A stretch of DNA of 64,000 bases from Geosiphon pyriformis uo1 (Eukaryota > Fungi > Glomeromycota), in NCBI GenBank assembly GCA_016748015.1, contig JAAOMT010000518.1, positions 62,001 through 126,000 on the forward strand, written 5' to 3'. Made by a program: the position numbers and the translations under genes. A model generated the notes under the pieces. The model did not search any database and was not told where the DNA came from. It worked only from the letters and a program-made list of their open reading frames with translations. Positions 1 to 15,158 of this stretch are shown piece by piece (the first letter of the stretch is position 1; each line of letters starts with the position of its first letter).

Positions 1-1777
1 TCTTTCTAATCGCTCTTCAAATGTTCTGTGCTCCCACCTTTAGCATAGCAATCTATGTTTTAAATTATTCGATTTTTACTCTTATCTTAGTTGTAAAGAA
101 AATTAAAGATTAGTAATGACATCTTTTGTCGTAGCACATTTCTATCCGGTCTTTCGTTTTGGAACTAGAGTAATTTATTAAATTTACATAACTTTTTTGA
201 TGTCTTTGTCATGTTGTAAATAAAATAAAGGTAAGTTTTGTATTATATTTGTATTAATTCAAATTATTAATTTTCCTTTTATTTGTTGTTGTTTTTTTTT
301 CCCATAACGATTAATTTCGTGCTCTATCTTACAATCATTAGCGATAGCAAATGGTGAAATTTGTATTTTACTTCCCATTTTAAAATTTGCGCCACATTCC
401 AAAACGGTCTAAATCCCAACTTGCTCCAGAACATATATTCCCAACCGGGCAAATGAAAATTTGATCCTATCGAAATTTACAAGATCGAGATAAATAGTTA
501 AAAAACTATAAATTTATTGCAATTTTGCACTACCCTCCAAAAAGTAACCTTTAATTCGAAATTAAACATAAAAATTCAGTAATTTTCCGATTTACTATCT
601 TTTTAACCAAATAAAGTTTCATATAAAATAATCTAATTGCAACACAAACTAAATAATTTGGGATTAGAAAAAGAGCAAAGTCTTAAGAAATACAGATAAA
701 ACATAATAACAAAATATTATTAAACTCATTGCTTAATTCTAAAAGAAATTAGAACTTATTAAAAAAAATATATATATATTCTAATTCCTTTTAGTGAAAA
801 TGTACTATAATATCTAAAAAATACTTTGTCTTACACAACAACTTTTCACACTTCCTGTTTTCTTAACAAACATGGTCTTGGTTCTTTTACCCGTTTTTTT
901 GAATCCAATTCCACAGTAAGTAGGGAATTCGCAAAAAAAAAACTTGTGCCATTTGCTTCCTAAATTTTAGACCGTGCAAAAGGATTAAAAATTTCTAAAC
1001 TTTTAAATGGTTTCAATTAATAGCATTGAAGAAAGAGAAGTTAACAATATTCCTCAAGATTTGGATGGTTCTCAAACTGGTAATAATTTGTCTGCAAAAA
1101 TTTCTCACTTCTACCTCAACCTCAATCTTCAACTTGAAACAATGGAGATTCCATTATAAAAATTAATAGTTCACCTTCAAATTCTAATAGCATTACACGT
1201 GTAAATGATTATAGTTCAAATTTACGCTAAAAAAACGGTATTTAAAATCATTTAAATAAACTTATATGTATATATATATATCTTTTATCACAATCAAAAA
1301 CATTTATACAAAAAGTAATCTATAAACAAAAAATTTTTGTAAAAAGTTTAAGGGTATTATATTTTATAATAATAAAATTGTGTTTAAGATATATATAATG
1401 TACAAAATAAAAAGCAAAATATTTAAGCTATAGTATAGTAGAATTGCTTAATTGAAAAAATCTGTTATACTTTTGATATTTTGATACAAACTTAAAATTA
1501 AGTACAAATTATAAAAATAATTATAAACTTTACATAATATATTATTATTATTATTATTGAAAATAAGATATATATAATACAACTTATAATATACATTAAA
1601 TATAACATAATAAAATTATTTAATATATTATGTTAGTAATAAAAATATGTATAATATTATAAATTTTTTTAAAAGTATAATGTTTGATTGTTAATACATA
1701 GTATCAAGATCTGTAATTTTCAAATTTAAAAATATGCAAATTAATGTTAATATATTAAATAACAAAAAATATATGTG

Positions 1778-4700
1778 ATTTTAACCAAGTAATTTGTTTT
1801 TAAAAATTAGTATGAAAAATTACTATTCAAATTTTTAAGTGTTTTAACAAAATAATTAAATTGAGTTGAGTATTTTTAATAATAAGTTAAAAGTAATATA
1901 TAAATTCTTACAGCCAAGCTTAAAATAAAATATAAACAAAAAAGTTTGATTATTAAAAATATATTTTATATATGTTAATTCAATCAAGCATATTAACAAA
2001 ATTAGCTTGAAAATTTTAAATAAATATAATTTTTTTCTAAAAAAATCAGTTTATACAGTGTCTTAAATATTAAATATGATTAATTAAGAATTTGGAATTT
2101 AGTTTTTTTGTAATGTTGTTTTATTTGGCTCAAATAGTTGGTTATATTTAAAAAAAAGCATAATTTGCATCATTTTAAAATGTTTATATGTTGTAAAAAA
2201 ATAAATAAATAACATTCAATAAAGCATTTCCAAAAAAAACCAATAACAAAAAAATTTAATTAAATATAATAAATATTTCATTAAACAATATTTGTTTAAG
2301 ATTAATAATGATATATAATAAAAATTGTTCAATACAATAATTATTAAAAATAACAATTATATTATATTACACAGGACATATTACAAAGGTTAAACTCTTA
2401 GCACTAACTATTATTAATGTAATTTAAAAATAGTGACTTTGTTACTTAAATCATAAATTTATACTGATAGATAAAAATCTGAAATATCATTAATACAAAC
2501 TAAACAGATATTAATATAATATCTTCTCAAATCATAACAAAATACACAAAACAATATAACCAATATTAAAGCTATCAAATATTAATTAGAACTAGCTATA
2601 ATTTAGTATTGAAGATATGTAAAAAAACTAAAAATATTTAGGAAGAGTGAAATAGCAAGTAGATTAATTGAATTACAAAATAAGCTAATTGACAAAATAT
2701 GAAAACACAATATAAATAGAAGAGAATCAAGAGCTAAAAAGATTAAAAAAAAGCTGAAAATAAGCAAAAATATATGGAAATTTCAGATACAAAAACTACA
2801 AAATACATTAATAAAACTAAACAGCTAAAATAGAATTTATTCTGCAAGTAATAAACTTGAGTCTTGGATATTCTAATTTAATTCTATTATAAGATATTTA
2901 ATACATTCTACAAATTGGTTAAAAATTCTAAAGTAGTTTCTAAGGATCTTAATCTTGTACTTGAATTAAGTTCTGTAATGACCAATATATTTTGGGATAA
3001 TAATCAAAGAGCAGTAACTTTTTGCTATTAGTTTATAGTATTTTGCAAAGAGAAATTTCAAATTAAACAAGAAAAAATTAACAAAAAAGTAACAGATAAC
3101 AGCATTTGTTCAATAATCAAGAAAGAAAATATTCTTTTAGCAAATTTAAAAATTAAAGCAAAATTTGACATAAACAGTAATTTTTATATTGAAAACTGTA
3201 CATATTATAAAAAATTTGTAATAATAGCTCATAATAGCAAAACAAATTTTTTCAAAAAGATTTATTTGCCTGTATTCCTTATTAATCTAGACAATTTATT
3301 TGTATATATCTATTATTATTAATTCTAAGTATTCTTTAACTTTAAATAAAACTTAATAGAGAATTCAATATATTAATTTTTGATGTTTTTTATTATGTTT
3401 AATTATTTTATACATATCTTTACTTTGGATAAAACTATGTATGATTATTATATAGTAAATACTACAAAAATATTTATGGTTCTAAAAAAATTTTTGACTT
3501 TACTGAAAGAGTACTATAATAATATTTATAGTCAAACTACAATATTTGATAATTTTTGTTTCCTATGAATTAGCACAGTAAATATTAATGACATTAAAAC
3601 TTTTTTAACATCTGTCTCTTATACACATCTTTTTATGATTATTTTGTAAATTTTAATATATTAAATAACAAAAATATGTGTAATTTTAACCAAGTAATTT
3701 GTTTTTAAAAATTAGTATGAAAAATTACTATTCAAATTTTTAAGTGTTTTAACAAAATAATTAAATTGAGTTGAGTATTTTTAATAATAAGTTAAAAGTA
3801 ATATATAAATTCTTACAGCCAAGCTTAAAATAAAATATAAACAAAAAAGTTTGATTATTAAAAATATATTTTATATATGTTAATTCAATCAAGCATATTA
3901 ACAAAATTAGCTTGAAAATTTTAAATAAATATAATTTTTTTCTAAAAAAATCAGTTTATACAGTGTCTTAAATATTAAATATGATTAATTAAGAATTTGG
4001 AATTTAGTTTTTTTGTAATGTTGTTTTATTTGGCTCAAATAGTTGGTTATATTTAAAAAAAAGCATAATTTGCATCATTTTAAAATGTTTATATGTTGTA
4101 AAAAAATAAATAAATAACATTCAATAAAGCATTTCCAAAAAAAACCAATAACAAAAAAATTTAATTAAATATAATAAATATTTCATTAAACAATATTTGT
4201 TTAAGATTAATAATGATATATAATAAAAATTGTTCAATACAATAATTATTAAAAATAACAATTATATTATATTACACAGGACATATTACAAAGGTTAAAC
4301 TCTTAGCACTAACTATTATTAATGTAATTTAAAAATAGTGACTTTGTTACTTAAATCATAAATTTATACTGATAGATAAAAATCTGAAATATCATTAATA
4401 CAAACTAAACAGATATTAATATAATATCTTCTCAAATCATAACAAAATACACAAAACAATATAACCAATATTAAAGCTATCAAATATTAATTAGAACTAG
4501 CTATAATTTAGTATTGAAGATATGTAAAAAAACTAAAAATATTTAGGAAGAGTGAAATAGCAAGTAGATTAATTGAATTACAAAATAAGCTAATTGACAA
4601 AATATGAAAACACAATATAAATAGAAGAGAATCAAGAGCTAAAAAGATTAAAAAAAAGCTGAAAATAAGCAAAAATATATGGAAATTTCAGATACAAAAA

Positions 4701-5516
4701 CTACAAAATACATTAATAAAACTAAACAGCTAAAATAGAATTTATTCTGCAAGTAATAAACTTGAGTCTTGGATATTCTAATTTAATTCTATTATAAGAT
4801 ATTTAATACATTCTACAAATTGGTTAAAAATTCTAAAGTAGTTTCTAAGGATCTTAATCTTGTACTTGAATTAAGTTCTGTAATGACCAATATATTTTGG
4901 GATAATAATCAAAGAGCAGTAACTTTTTGCTATTAGTTTATAGTATTTTGCAAAGAGAAATTTCAAATTAAACAAGAAAAAATTAACAAAAAAGTAACAG
5001 ATAACAGCATTTGTTCAATAATCAAGAAAGAAAATATTCTTTTAGCAAATTTAAAAATTAAAGCAAAATTTGACATAAACAGTAATTTTTATATTGAAAA
5101 CTGTACATATTATAAAAAATTTGTAATAATAGCTCATAATAGCAAAACAAATTTTTTCAAAAAGATTTATTTGCCTGTATTCCTTATTAATCTAGACAAT
5201 TTATTTGTATATATCTATTATTATTAATTCTAAGTATTCTTTAACTTTAAATAAAACTTAATAGAGAATTCAATATATTAATTTTTGATGTTTTTTATTA
5301 TGTTTAATTATTTTATACATATCTTTACTTTGGATAAAACTATGTATGATTATTATATAGTAAATACTACAAAAATATTTATGGTTCTAAAAAAATTTTT
5401 GACTTTACTGAAAGAGTACTATAATAATATTTATAGTCAAACTACAATATTTGATAATTTTTGTTTCCTATGAATTAGCACAGTAAATATTAATGACATT
5501 AAAACTTTTTTAACAT
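1778..5516 (+). repeat. Direct duplication 1778-3611 / 3683-5516 (offset 1905), probably an assembly artefact
   Basis: The copies read identically by eye, with identical 62-aa ORFs at 3380 and 5285. All other repeats in the window are diverged, and the junction carries an adapter. Confidence 0.9.
3612..3630 (+). other. Tn5 mosaic end / Nextera adapter CTGTCTCTTATACACATCT (library contamination)
   Basis: Exact 19/19 match to the mosaic end, placed exactly where copy 1 of the duplication stops. Confidence 0.97.
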
Positions 5517-5590
5517 ATCAAACAAGATTTTTAGGCACTTATTATTTATAAATTGCAAAAATACAAATAAAAAATCAGCAAAAAAATGCT

Positions 5591-6000
5591 TTGGTTAAAT
5601 TTATTTAAGAATATTCTGAAGATACACATAAAAAATGCTTTGAATTTAGTTTAGCTTCCAAATTATTAAAAATAAATCAACTTAAAAAAAGATAAAAAAT
5701 TATTGTTATAAAGTATTTGGAAAAATATAAAACACTGATTTCATCTCAATTCAAAAACAGTTCAAGTATTATTGAGGATATTATGTGAAAATTCTACAAA
5801 TCAAGTTTTGTATATAAAGATTTTTATGACATTAACATTATAATTTGGACAAACTGATATCAAATTTATCAACTTTGATTGAGTAAAAAAGATAAAGAAA
5901 GCAAAATATTATGCATCTTTAAACTTAAAAATTAACTAGCATGAAAATATTTGAAATAACATGTTTATTAAAAAAAAATATGATATTTATTTAGTTAGTA
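5591..6000 (+). pseudogene. Decayed atypical (APH/RIO-like, Crinkler-associated type) fungal protein kinase domain
   Basis: Manual translation: LVKFI*EYSEDTHKKCFEFSLASKLL, IVIKYLE, FVYKDFYDINI (=VHGDLR..NI), then after one frameshift IKFINFD*VK (=IDFDW.G) and YASLNLKIN*. The motifs are in the correct order. Upstream ~4.5-5.6 kb is probably its N-terminal part. Confidence 0.65.
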
Positions 6001-6399
6001 ATATTTACTGTAATAAAAAATCTGAACTTTTTATAAGACACCATCTTTTTAAATAACTAAATCAATTACAAAATAAATATTTTTTATATTAAATTTACTC
6101 TTGAACGTATAAAATAGCTCAGAATATCAGTCATAAAATCTTGAGTTATATTATGTATAAATAAGTAGTTATTAATATATTAATTATTTAATTAAATTTA
6201 AAATTAGAAAAATAATTAATTAAAAAATAATATTAATTATTTAAAAAAATAAAATGTAAAAATCTTAATAATTAAAATAACAAATAATAATATCACATTT
6301 TTTAAGCATTAAATTTTATATAAGAAACATAAAACTAGTCTTAATTTTTAATAATTAACTTATTTATTATTATTATATTATTTATAAAAAAATATTTTT

Positions 6400-8950
6400 T
6401 TTTGGTTTTTATGGCCATTTAAACAATATATAAAAAAAGTTGCAAAAATTAACTTGGTTACTATTTTGTTGTTAAAAATCTTAAGATTTTTTGTTTCATT
6501 AATAATTAAAAACTAATTTGTGTCTTTAATATTAAATAAAGTTTGTTATTATTAAATTAAAATTTGTTAATTTTTAATAATATACTATTTTTTAAAATTT
6601 TAAAAAAAACCATTTATCTTTTTGAACTAATTTGCTTTAAATTATTTATCGATATTATAAAAAATATTGAAGTAAAAAATACTGTTTTTAAAACACTTTT
6701 AAAATCAAATTAGTCAATTTTTTTGGATTGTATAGCTTATAATTGAATTTTTTTATTGTTATTTTGAATTTAAGAAAATTTTTATGCTGTTTTTAATAAA
6801 ATTGATATCTAAAAAAAACTAAATTTGGTTAAAAATACAAAATATATAAATTTAATAAATAGACAAAATTAACAAAAATTACCAAATTACCAAATTTACA
6901 TATGTAATTTAAAAAATATTAAATATTAAGAATAGTTTTACAATATTAACATAATTTCAAACACAAAACAAATTATATCAATAATTTATTTTAACATCTA
7001 TAATATTTGTACAATATCAAAATTATGTAACAAATAATATGTAATATTAATAATAATATATTATATTGTTAATTAACATCTATAATAATAATAATTTATT
7101 ATGTAAAATAAATAAATTCGTTAATATCAAAGCTTTTTTATGTAAAATTGTATTTATTTTAAAGTTTTATTTTAGATAATTTGAAAGTTTTATCTTATTA
7201 ATAAAAAATTAATAAAAAATTTCAAAATTTCTGAAATTAGTAATTGTTATAATAAAATAAAAAATATTTTATTATTTAATTAAAGTTTTTGTTATAAATA
7301 CAGTTTAATATCAAAATATTATTAAAAATTATTAGTTTATAAAACTAATATAATTTTCAATAAAAAAATTCAAAGCACTAAAACAACACATTATAATATT
7401 AGTTATTTTTAAATATCTAATAAAGCCTTATTATTGAATTTAAAAAAATAAAAATTAAATGTAAAAATATATGTAATTTTTTATTAGCAAAAAATTAAAT
7501 TTTTAATATTTGAGTTTCAACAATTTTAAACAAAATAAATTATTATTAAATATAATTTACAAGTACTTATAAAAATTGCTAATTATAATAGTTAAATAAA
7601 CATAATTATTTTACAAAATTACAAAATATCATTATTTATCCAAAATCTAATAAAAATATAATTACAAAATATCAAGTAAAACCTTTTTAAAACCAAAAAT
7701 TTCTTTTCAGTTGAATTATATTTCAAAAAAGTATAACCAAAATAATTGCAAATTAAATATTTAAGTAAAATAAGTTCGATTTAAGTTAACAAAGTCTTAA
7801 TATTATTCAAAGCAAATATCTAATTACAGTATTTTTCGAGCTTTTTTTTTTGAATTAAAATAAAACAGTTGCATATTTAATTCTTATATAAATAATAAAT
7901 TTCTTTTTAAAAAGCAATTATTTTTTAACTAACTCTAAAATTTTTTAGAAAATATAAGCATCTGTGTTTATAAATAAAATAATAAACAAAACTTAATATT
8001 TGGTTTTTTTCGTTAAAAAGTCTTGTTTATATTAATTTTAGTAATATATATAGTATTTTTTTAATTAAAACAAACTATTTAAAAGCCACCAAATTAGTTT
8101 GGCTTAATTTAATAAACTCAACAACAATTTTTTGCCATAAACAATAAATTATAGTTTGATTAACACAACTTGACTAAATTTAAAAAACCAATTATATAGC
8201 CATTTTTAAAGTATTAACTAAAATTTTTTAACAATTATCTCTCAATCTGTGTAAAAATTTATATGTTTAAGATTAGTATTTGTAATTACATTATTTTTTC
8301 AGCCAATTTTTTTGTCTCAGCTAAGTTAAATTCAAATATAAATAATATTTTTATTTCATAAAATTTTGAAAAAAAAACTATTTACTAAAAAAAATTTTTC
8401 AGCTATTTGCAATTTTTTTAAAAACTTTTTTTATTGTTAACAAATTAATATTCAAAGTAAAGAATTTTTTGACAGTAATTTTAATTTTTTTTTTGGTAAA
8501 AAACATTAGCAACTTTAGGTAAAATTAATAAAAATATATATTTCAATTTCTATTTTTAGAATATTATTCTTTAAACCATGTAAATTTTATTATTATTATC
8601 TAAATTAAAACTGGTTTTCTTAATATAATATTTTTTAATGTTTTTAACATTAGTTTTAATTTTTTATTTCTATTTTTATTTTTTAAAACCAAAATTTTTT
8701 CCAAAAAAATCAACAAAGTCATTAGAAATCTTAACATTTTTATTATTTTTTTGATTTTTTGTATCAAAATACTATAAATTTGAATGTTTTTGTAAAGTTT
8801 TAAAATTTTTTAACAAATTTTTTAATATTATATTTAATTAATTTTTAAATTATTGTGCATTATTATGTAAATTTTTATATTTTTATATTTTTTTAATAAT
8901 TACTTTTGCTATTTGGAAAAAAAAAAATTTTTTCTTGCCTTTATAATTGT
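6400..8950 (-). mobile_element. Highly decayed LINE relic (ORF1 region recognisable); boundaries approximate
   Basis: Minus strand ~8010-8100 reads NLVAFK*FVLIKKNTIYITKININK, aligning with DLVIAKWSVFMRKDSVCMTKAISNK of the LINE ORF1 at 20428-20883. Adjacent sequence resembles the KFG.V.SI.LQLIGLWQK block. Confidence 0.5.
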
Positions 8951-11441
8951 TTTATAAAAATTTAAATATTAAATTATTGTAATAATATGCTTTTAAGCAA
9001 ATTTTTAATAATAAATTTTAAGAATTTTATTTTAGCTAATACACAATTAATTACTAAAACTAATATATTAAGAATATTAAACTAATATTTAATAACATAT
9101 TATTTAACAATTAGAATATTTAATATAAACTAATTAATATATTCTTTGAAAAAAAATTATCTTATCTATTTAACAATATTCAAAATTACTTTGTAATTAT
9201 TATAATATAATTTTAGCAAATAATTAATACTTATTCAAAAAATTATTAGACTTATTTTAAATTTATACTTCTTTTTTTAAAACTTTTTTTTAAAAATATT
9301 ATAATATTTGTTTCAAAACTACTGTAAAGTTTTTTCTGTTGTTGGTCTAATAAGTTTATTTTTTGTTAACAACTTTTTTATATAGATTTTAATTTATCAA
9401 ATTCTTAAAGTTACACAAAAATTATTAGAATCAAATATTTAATAGATTATATATTAAAGTCTTTATTATAACTATTTTAAAAAATTTTAAGTATATAATT
9501 CTTTTTAATAAAGTATACATCAAAAATAGCTAAAATAATATAATATAAATTATTAAAATTAATAATAAACTACTTATTTTGATTAATAAATTTTAATATA
9601 TTTTTTTAATAAATATTATAATACATAATTTTTATTTTGTAAAAAGTTTAAAAATAAATATTTTAGTTATAAAATACTTATGTTTTTAAAATAAATTAAA
9701 GAAAAACAATAAATATTTTAAGAATAGTTAAAACATAATATAATGTTTTATTTAATTTTTTTAATTCTGGTTTATATATTATATCTTTTAATAAAAGAAT
9801 TATAAATAAAATATCTATTTTATTCTTATTAATATGTTTTAATAGTTGGATATATTATTATAAATAGTTTAAATATATACCACAGATTATATTAAGCAGT
9901 AATATTTTATGACAATATTTTGTATTAATTTAATTATTTTATTTTGTTATTTGATTGGAAAAAGATAACAAATTTTTGCTAAAGCAGTTTAATAAAGTAA
10001 AAACAATAATTAATTAATATTAATCTAATAATAAAAGTTTTTATGTATTTTTTTTAGCTTATTTAGCTTATAAGTAAACAAATTTTTTCACAAAATCTGG
10101 TTTTTTTCTAAATATAAATAAGAATATTTTATTATAGTAGTATATATATAATATTCAAAAATATAAAAATATTGTTCATATATTTATACTAACTTTTTAA
10201 TTAATTTTTTTACTAAATTACTTTTAATATAAAAACTTTTTTTTTAATAAAACAAGCTTTTAATATCAAATAAAAAAGATCAAATTGTAATTTTTTGATA
10301 AAAATATGTAAAAACATCATATTTGTTTATCTAAAATTTAATCAAAAAAGACTTAAAAATAAATACATTTCAAAATACAATAAATAAATTTTTTATTGTG
10401 TCAAAAATAGTAATATAGCAATATATATAATAAATTTTTTTTATACTCTTAGAAAAAAGTTTTTTGAGCTTACAAAAATTTTATTTAAATTATTTAAAAA
10501 GAATTTTTTTTTAAAATATTGTTTATAAAAAAATAAATAAACTTTTATTAAGTTTATAGACAATTGCTAAAATTAACTAAACAAATCTGACTTTCTTAGA
10601 ATTAATTGTGGTTTTATATTAAATATTATTAAAGTCTAAAAGTACAAGTCAAAATTTGTATTAAAAAAAAGCTAATTAAATATATAATTATAAACTCTAT
10701 TTTAATACATACTACTTTATCACTTTAATATTTAAAACAAACTCATAATAAAAAAAATTATATTAAAAAATTATTATTTATATTATTTATTAATGTACAT
10801 AGTTTTTTTTATTTTTATATCTTATTTAACTATTTATTTTTGTTTATTTTTATTTTTTTCGCTTTTTTTTCTAGTTTTTTTTTATTTTATTTATTTATTC
10901 TTTTGGTTTTTATTTATATTTTTTTTTCAGATTTTTCTTTAATTTTTCTAATCTATCTTTTTTTATTTTGTTTAAACTTTTTTAGTTTTTCTATGTATTT
11001 TTTATAATAAGTCTTAACATATTTAAATTAATTTTTAATATTTTTATTTATTATAGTATTTTAAAAAGATATAATTTAATATATATTTGGTTTGTATTAA
11101 TAATATTTTAGATTTTTTATTTATTAGTATAATTTTTTAATGTATTTATTAAAGTATATTTTTTTGTTAAATTTAATTTTTATATTTTAACATTAAATAA
11201 AAATCGTTTTTTATTATAATAAAATAGACTTTAATATATTATAAATAAAATATTATAAAATATTTTTTTATTTAATATGTAATCTAATTATTATATAATA
11301 TAAAAAATAAACTAAATAACAAAAATTAAATATAGTTTACATATTTTTTATATACTATTATTAATTATTTATATATTTAGCAGTTTTATTAATATTTAAC
11401 TTAATATTAATTTTCAAAAAACTATTAATTAAATATAAGTA

Positions 11442-13409
11442 TTTTTTTTTTTTTTTATTCTATTTTATGAGTGAGATCCAAACACTATCTAGTACTTTAC
11501 ATCAAGGAAATGATCTAAACTAGATATGAATCATGCATTTTCTATATGTGACCAGCCACTCAGACTAATTAGGACTATACTAAGTGCCTATATGTACTGA
11601 GACTAAATTTCCAATACCTGAGAAAAATAAACAAGATTTATGAAATCCAAAGCCAATACCAATTGTCTAAGCTATACCCAGCAACTTAATAACACCTGCA
11701 GAAAATACTACAAGCAGTCTTGAAACTGAAACTAAAGCTGAACCATTATGTAGTATTATTTCATTCTTCTCCATGCAGGTGTAATGTTTAGCATAGACCA
11801 ATCAAATCTCATCTCTAAAAGCAAAACACAAGTTACACACAAATTCTACAATCTTTTAACCAGCTATTTTGGCACATCCAAAGACAGACGTAGCTTCATG
11901 AAGCCATTCTTTAAAAACAAAGCTCTTACAAAGAGCTGTGCAAACCATAACATTTGAAGTACAGAAGAATAGTAACTGAGAAACACTAAAAGAAGAGATA
12001 GAAAGACCAGAAAGTGCACTCCAAGCAGCAGCATGAACATCCAACAGACAACAATGAACAGGAACATCAACCATACAAGAAAAAGCATAATCAGAAATCT
12101 TAATCTTACCACAATACAGACACAACACACTTGGATAGCATTTGTCATACAACCATTTCTGAACAGCAACCAACAATTAATGGTATAAAGCTTTCATGAA
12201 ATATGTGTAAATGCCAGCTGTAGATTTACTGGTAAAGCCAGCAGTCATGTACAAATCTGGATGTCATACCAATAACAAGCTAAGCCAATCACCATTTGAG
12301 TGCAGACTATTATCTAAGACCTTAGAACCTGAACTGACCTTTTAGCATGCATAAAGAATGGATTGAAAGACCTTACAAACAAAATATCTAGAATTACCAA
12401 AAACAATGTTTCCTTCAGCTAAATTATGACATTCCTTTACATAAGGAATAAAACGCCAGAGAAAGAGAGAAGCTGCATCAGCATGTTCATTACCCATAAT
12501 ACCTGAATGACTTTTTACCTTGTGCCAGCTAACACTCAAACTCTTTTTCTTAATAATATTTACAATATGCTGATGTTCAACCCAACAGTAATTCTAAAAA
12601 TCTAAACAAACTAGCCCTAATTCTGATTTGCATGCATTCAAGGCAGCCTGACTGTTCATAAAAACACTAACTGAACTACTAGCAGAGACACACTCAAAAG
12701 CCAATGCAATGGCCTGCAACTCAGCAAAAGTAGAAGACATTAAACCAGAAATCTTAACCCCCAAACCCAAGCTTATATCCTCAAAAAAAACCACTGTATC
12801 AGCTCTCATGTCAACATCCTCTAAGCCCCTCAGAGATCTATCCATATAGACAAAAAAACTGTCAGTTTTAAAACTTAGCAACTGATCATAAATCAGTCCA
12901 AACTTACTAGAATCCAAAATATCCAAAGGCTCAGCAATACTCACAGGAGAGAAACAGACTGAAGAAGAAGCAGCAACATCAAAAAAGTCAATAGAAAGTC
13001 TAAACCATTCAGGAATAAGGCCATGTGAGTTTAGTCTTTTTCAATACTTGAATGTCCTCCAACTAAAAACAGTACCATTTTTACTGTGGAGTTGTTTAAC
13101 AAAAACAATACCATATCTCCAAAAAGACGGAAAAAACTTAAAATAGTCAGCTTCACCAAAAACAAACAACATAAGAGTACCACCACAAAAACAGAAAAAA
13201 TTGTTCACATGACCACCTAAAAACAGACCACATCCAAGAAAAATATGAACTATACCTGCTAAAAAATTATTAAAAGCACTAACTTTTATATGAGCTAGAG
13301 ATATCAATGGGTGGAGTGAACTCCAAGACATAATCTGCAAGTCATGAGACCTGTACAAAAACAAACAACCCAAAATTCTAACAAAGTTTGCAAAACACAC
13401 AATGGAAGC
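11442..13409 (-). mobile_element. 5'-truncated LINE: ORF2 3' part (RNase H, C-terminal CCHC-like motif), 3' UTR and poly(A)
   Basis: RNase H motifs VYMDRSL, AELQAIALA, NSQAAL, WHKVKSHSGIMGNEHAD; C-terminal CLYCGKIKISDYAFSC; T15 at 11442-11456. Homology to the full-length LINE stops at ~13409. Confidence 0.85.
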
Positions 13410-15000
13410 ATTTTTATTAAAAATATTATTAAGACTATAATTATTTATATGTTTAATTTTAATGCTAATTTTAGTTTTAATTTTAACTAATTTTTTGTTA
13501 ATTTTATTTAATAATTTATCAAAAATAAATATCTTATTTAGAATAATAGCAATTATATTTTTAAGTTTTTTATGTAAAACAAAAAATGTGTTTAACAAAA
13601 TAATAGCCAAAATAACCAAAAAACTAATTGGTTTAACAACAAACTTAATTAAAATATTCAAATTAAAAACTTAAAATTTCAAAAAAACCAGTTAAAAATT
13701 GAATATAAAACAAATAACAAAAGTAATTAAAAGTACAACAATAATAAAAACCAAAAAAATTAATATATAATTTTATATTAACAAAAAATAAATTAAAAAT
13801 TTTAAAACTATTAATAGACTTAAAAAAAAAGTAAAAACACTTTATAATTTAAAAATAAATAATTTAAACTTTAATATTTATAGAAATATTAATATTTAAA
13901 AGTTTTTTACCAAATATAATATTTATATAAAATACTAATTTTCAAAACAACTAAACTTAAAATCTTTAAAATTTCAAAAATCATAATAATAAAACATTAA
14001 TAATAATAAAAATTAGAAAAATAAAAGATAAAACATATATAATTACTAACATAAAAAATTAAATTACTAATTTTAAAAACAGTATAATTTAAAAAAAAAT
14101 TCACTAATTTGATTTTAAAGTAATAATTTTTTTTAATTAAACAAAAAAAAATTTTTAATATTGTTTTTTTAACTAATATAAACCAATTAATAAAAACAAC
14201 AATAACAAAAAAAGAGTTTTTAAAATAAATAATAATATATTATCATAAATTAACAAATTTTAACTTAATTAAAGTAATAACACCAAAAACATTTTTAATA
14301 TTATCAATAAATATATTATAAAATATATTATAAAAAATAATAAAAATAAAAAACTTTGTAATTTTAAACATAATAAAAAAAAATTTTAATAAAAAATTTA
14401 ATAATAGTAATCAAAGAAATTTTAAAAGCAAGATTTATATAAAACAATTTAATATTGTTTTTTAAAACTGATTTAAGTTTAATAAAACCAAATAGCAAAT
14501 TAAACAAAAACTTAATAAAAACTAATTGGTTAAAAATACATTTAAAAATATATTTTGTTTTGTTTTTAAGACTGGTAATAATTTACCAAAAAATATTATA
14601 TTTAATAATATAACTAATAATTAATCTTAATTTATTTTGAAAGATATACTATTATTATTATTTTTTATATTAAAAAAAAAGTTAATTGTTATTAAAAATA
14701 TTTTATTTAAAATTCTATTTAAAATCACAAAGAAATTTGTTATAACAATAACAAATATGAATAATTACTGTTATTTTTTGGATTTTTTGCTTATTTGTAA
14801 AAAAAATAAAAATAGTAATAATAATAATAAAAACCAAAAAAATCAACTTGTTAATTGGCTTATTATTAAAAACAATACTAAAATTTATCTTAATGTATTT
14901 TTTGAAAAAAACTTTAACTGAAAAAACTACTAACTTAAAATAAGAAAAATATTTTAAAAATTATTAAAAATAACTTTTTACTATTAATATATTTATAGGA
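13410..15000 (-). mobile_element. Older AT-eroded LINE relic (ORF1-like)
   Basis: 13580-13670 resembles the ORF1 C-terminal LELLANQVSVFVKKL segment at 20150-20220; the rest is too decayed to translate. Confidence 0.35.
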
Positions 15001-15158
15001 ATAAAATATTTATTTTATTATTATTATTTTTTTTATTTTATTTTAATAAGTGAGATTCAAATACTGCCTAGTACTATATATTATACAATTAATTTAAACT
15101 AAATATGAATTATATATTTTTTACATATAACCAGCTACTTAAGCCAATCAAAACAACA

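Noticed and set aside
230-1220. Exon/intron-like signals and coding-like stretches
   Set aside because: No ORF of 60 aa or more and no recognisable motif; left unassigned.
3612-3630. Natural bacterial Tn5/IS50 transfer
   Set aside because: The sequence is the engineered mosaic end, single, with no transposase or 9-bp TSD.
8950-11440. Possible further retroelement relic
   Set aside because: Too eroded to recover a convincing motif by eye.
13041-13661. 206-aa ORF
   Set aside because: Chance fusion across the LINE truncation point; the first half is AT-eroded relic.
14637-14921. Short I/K/N/F/L-rich ORFs (also 13462, 43940, 62640)
   Set aside because: Compositional artefacts of near-pure A/T sequence.
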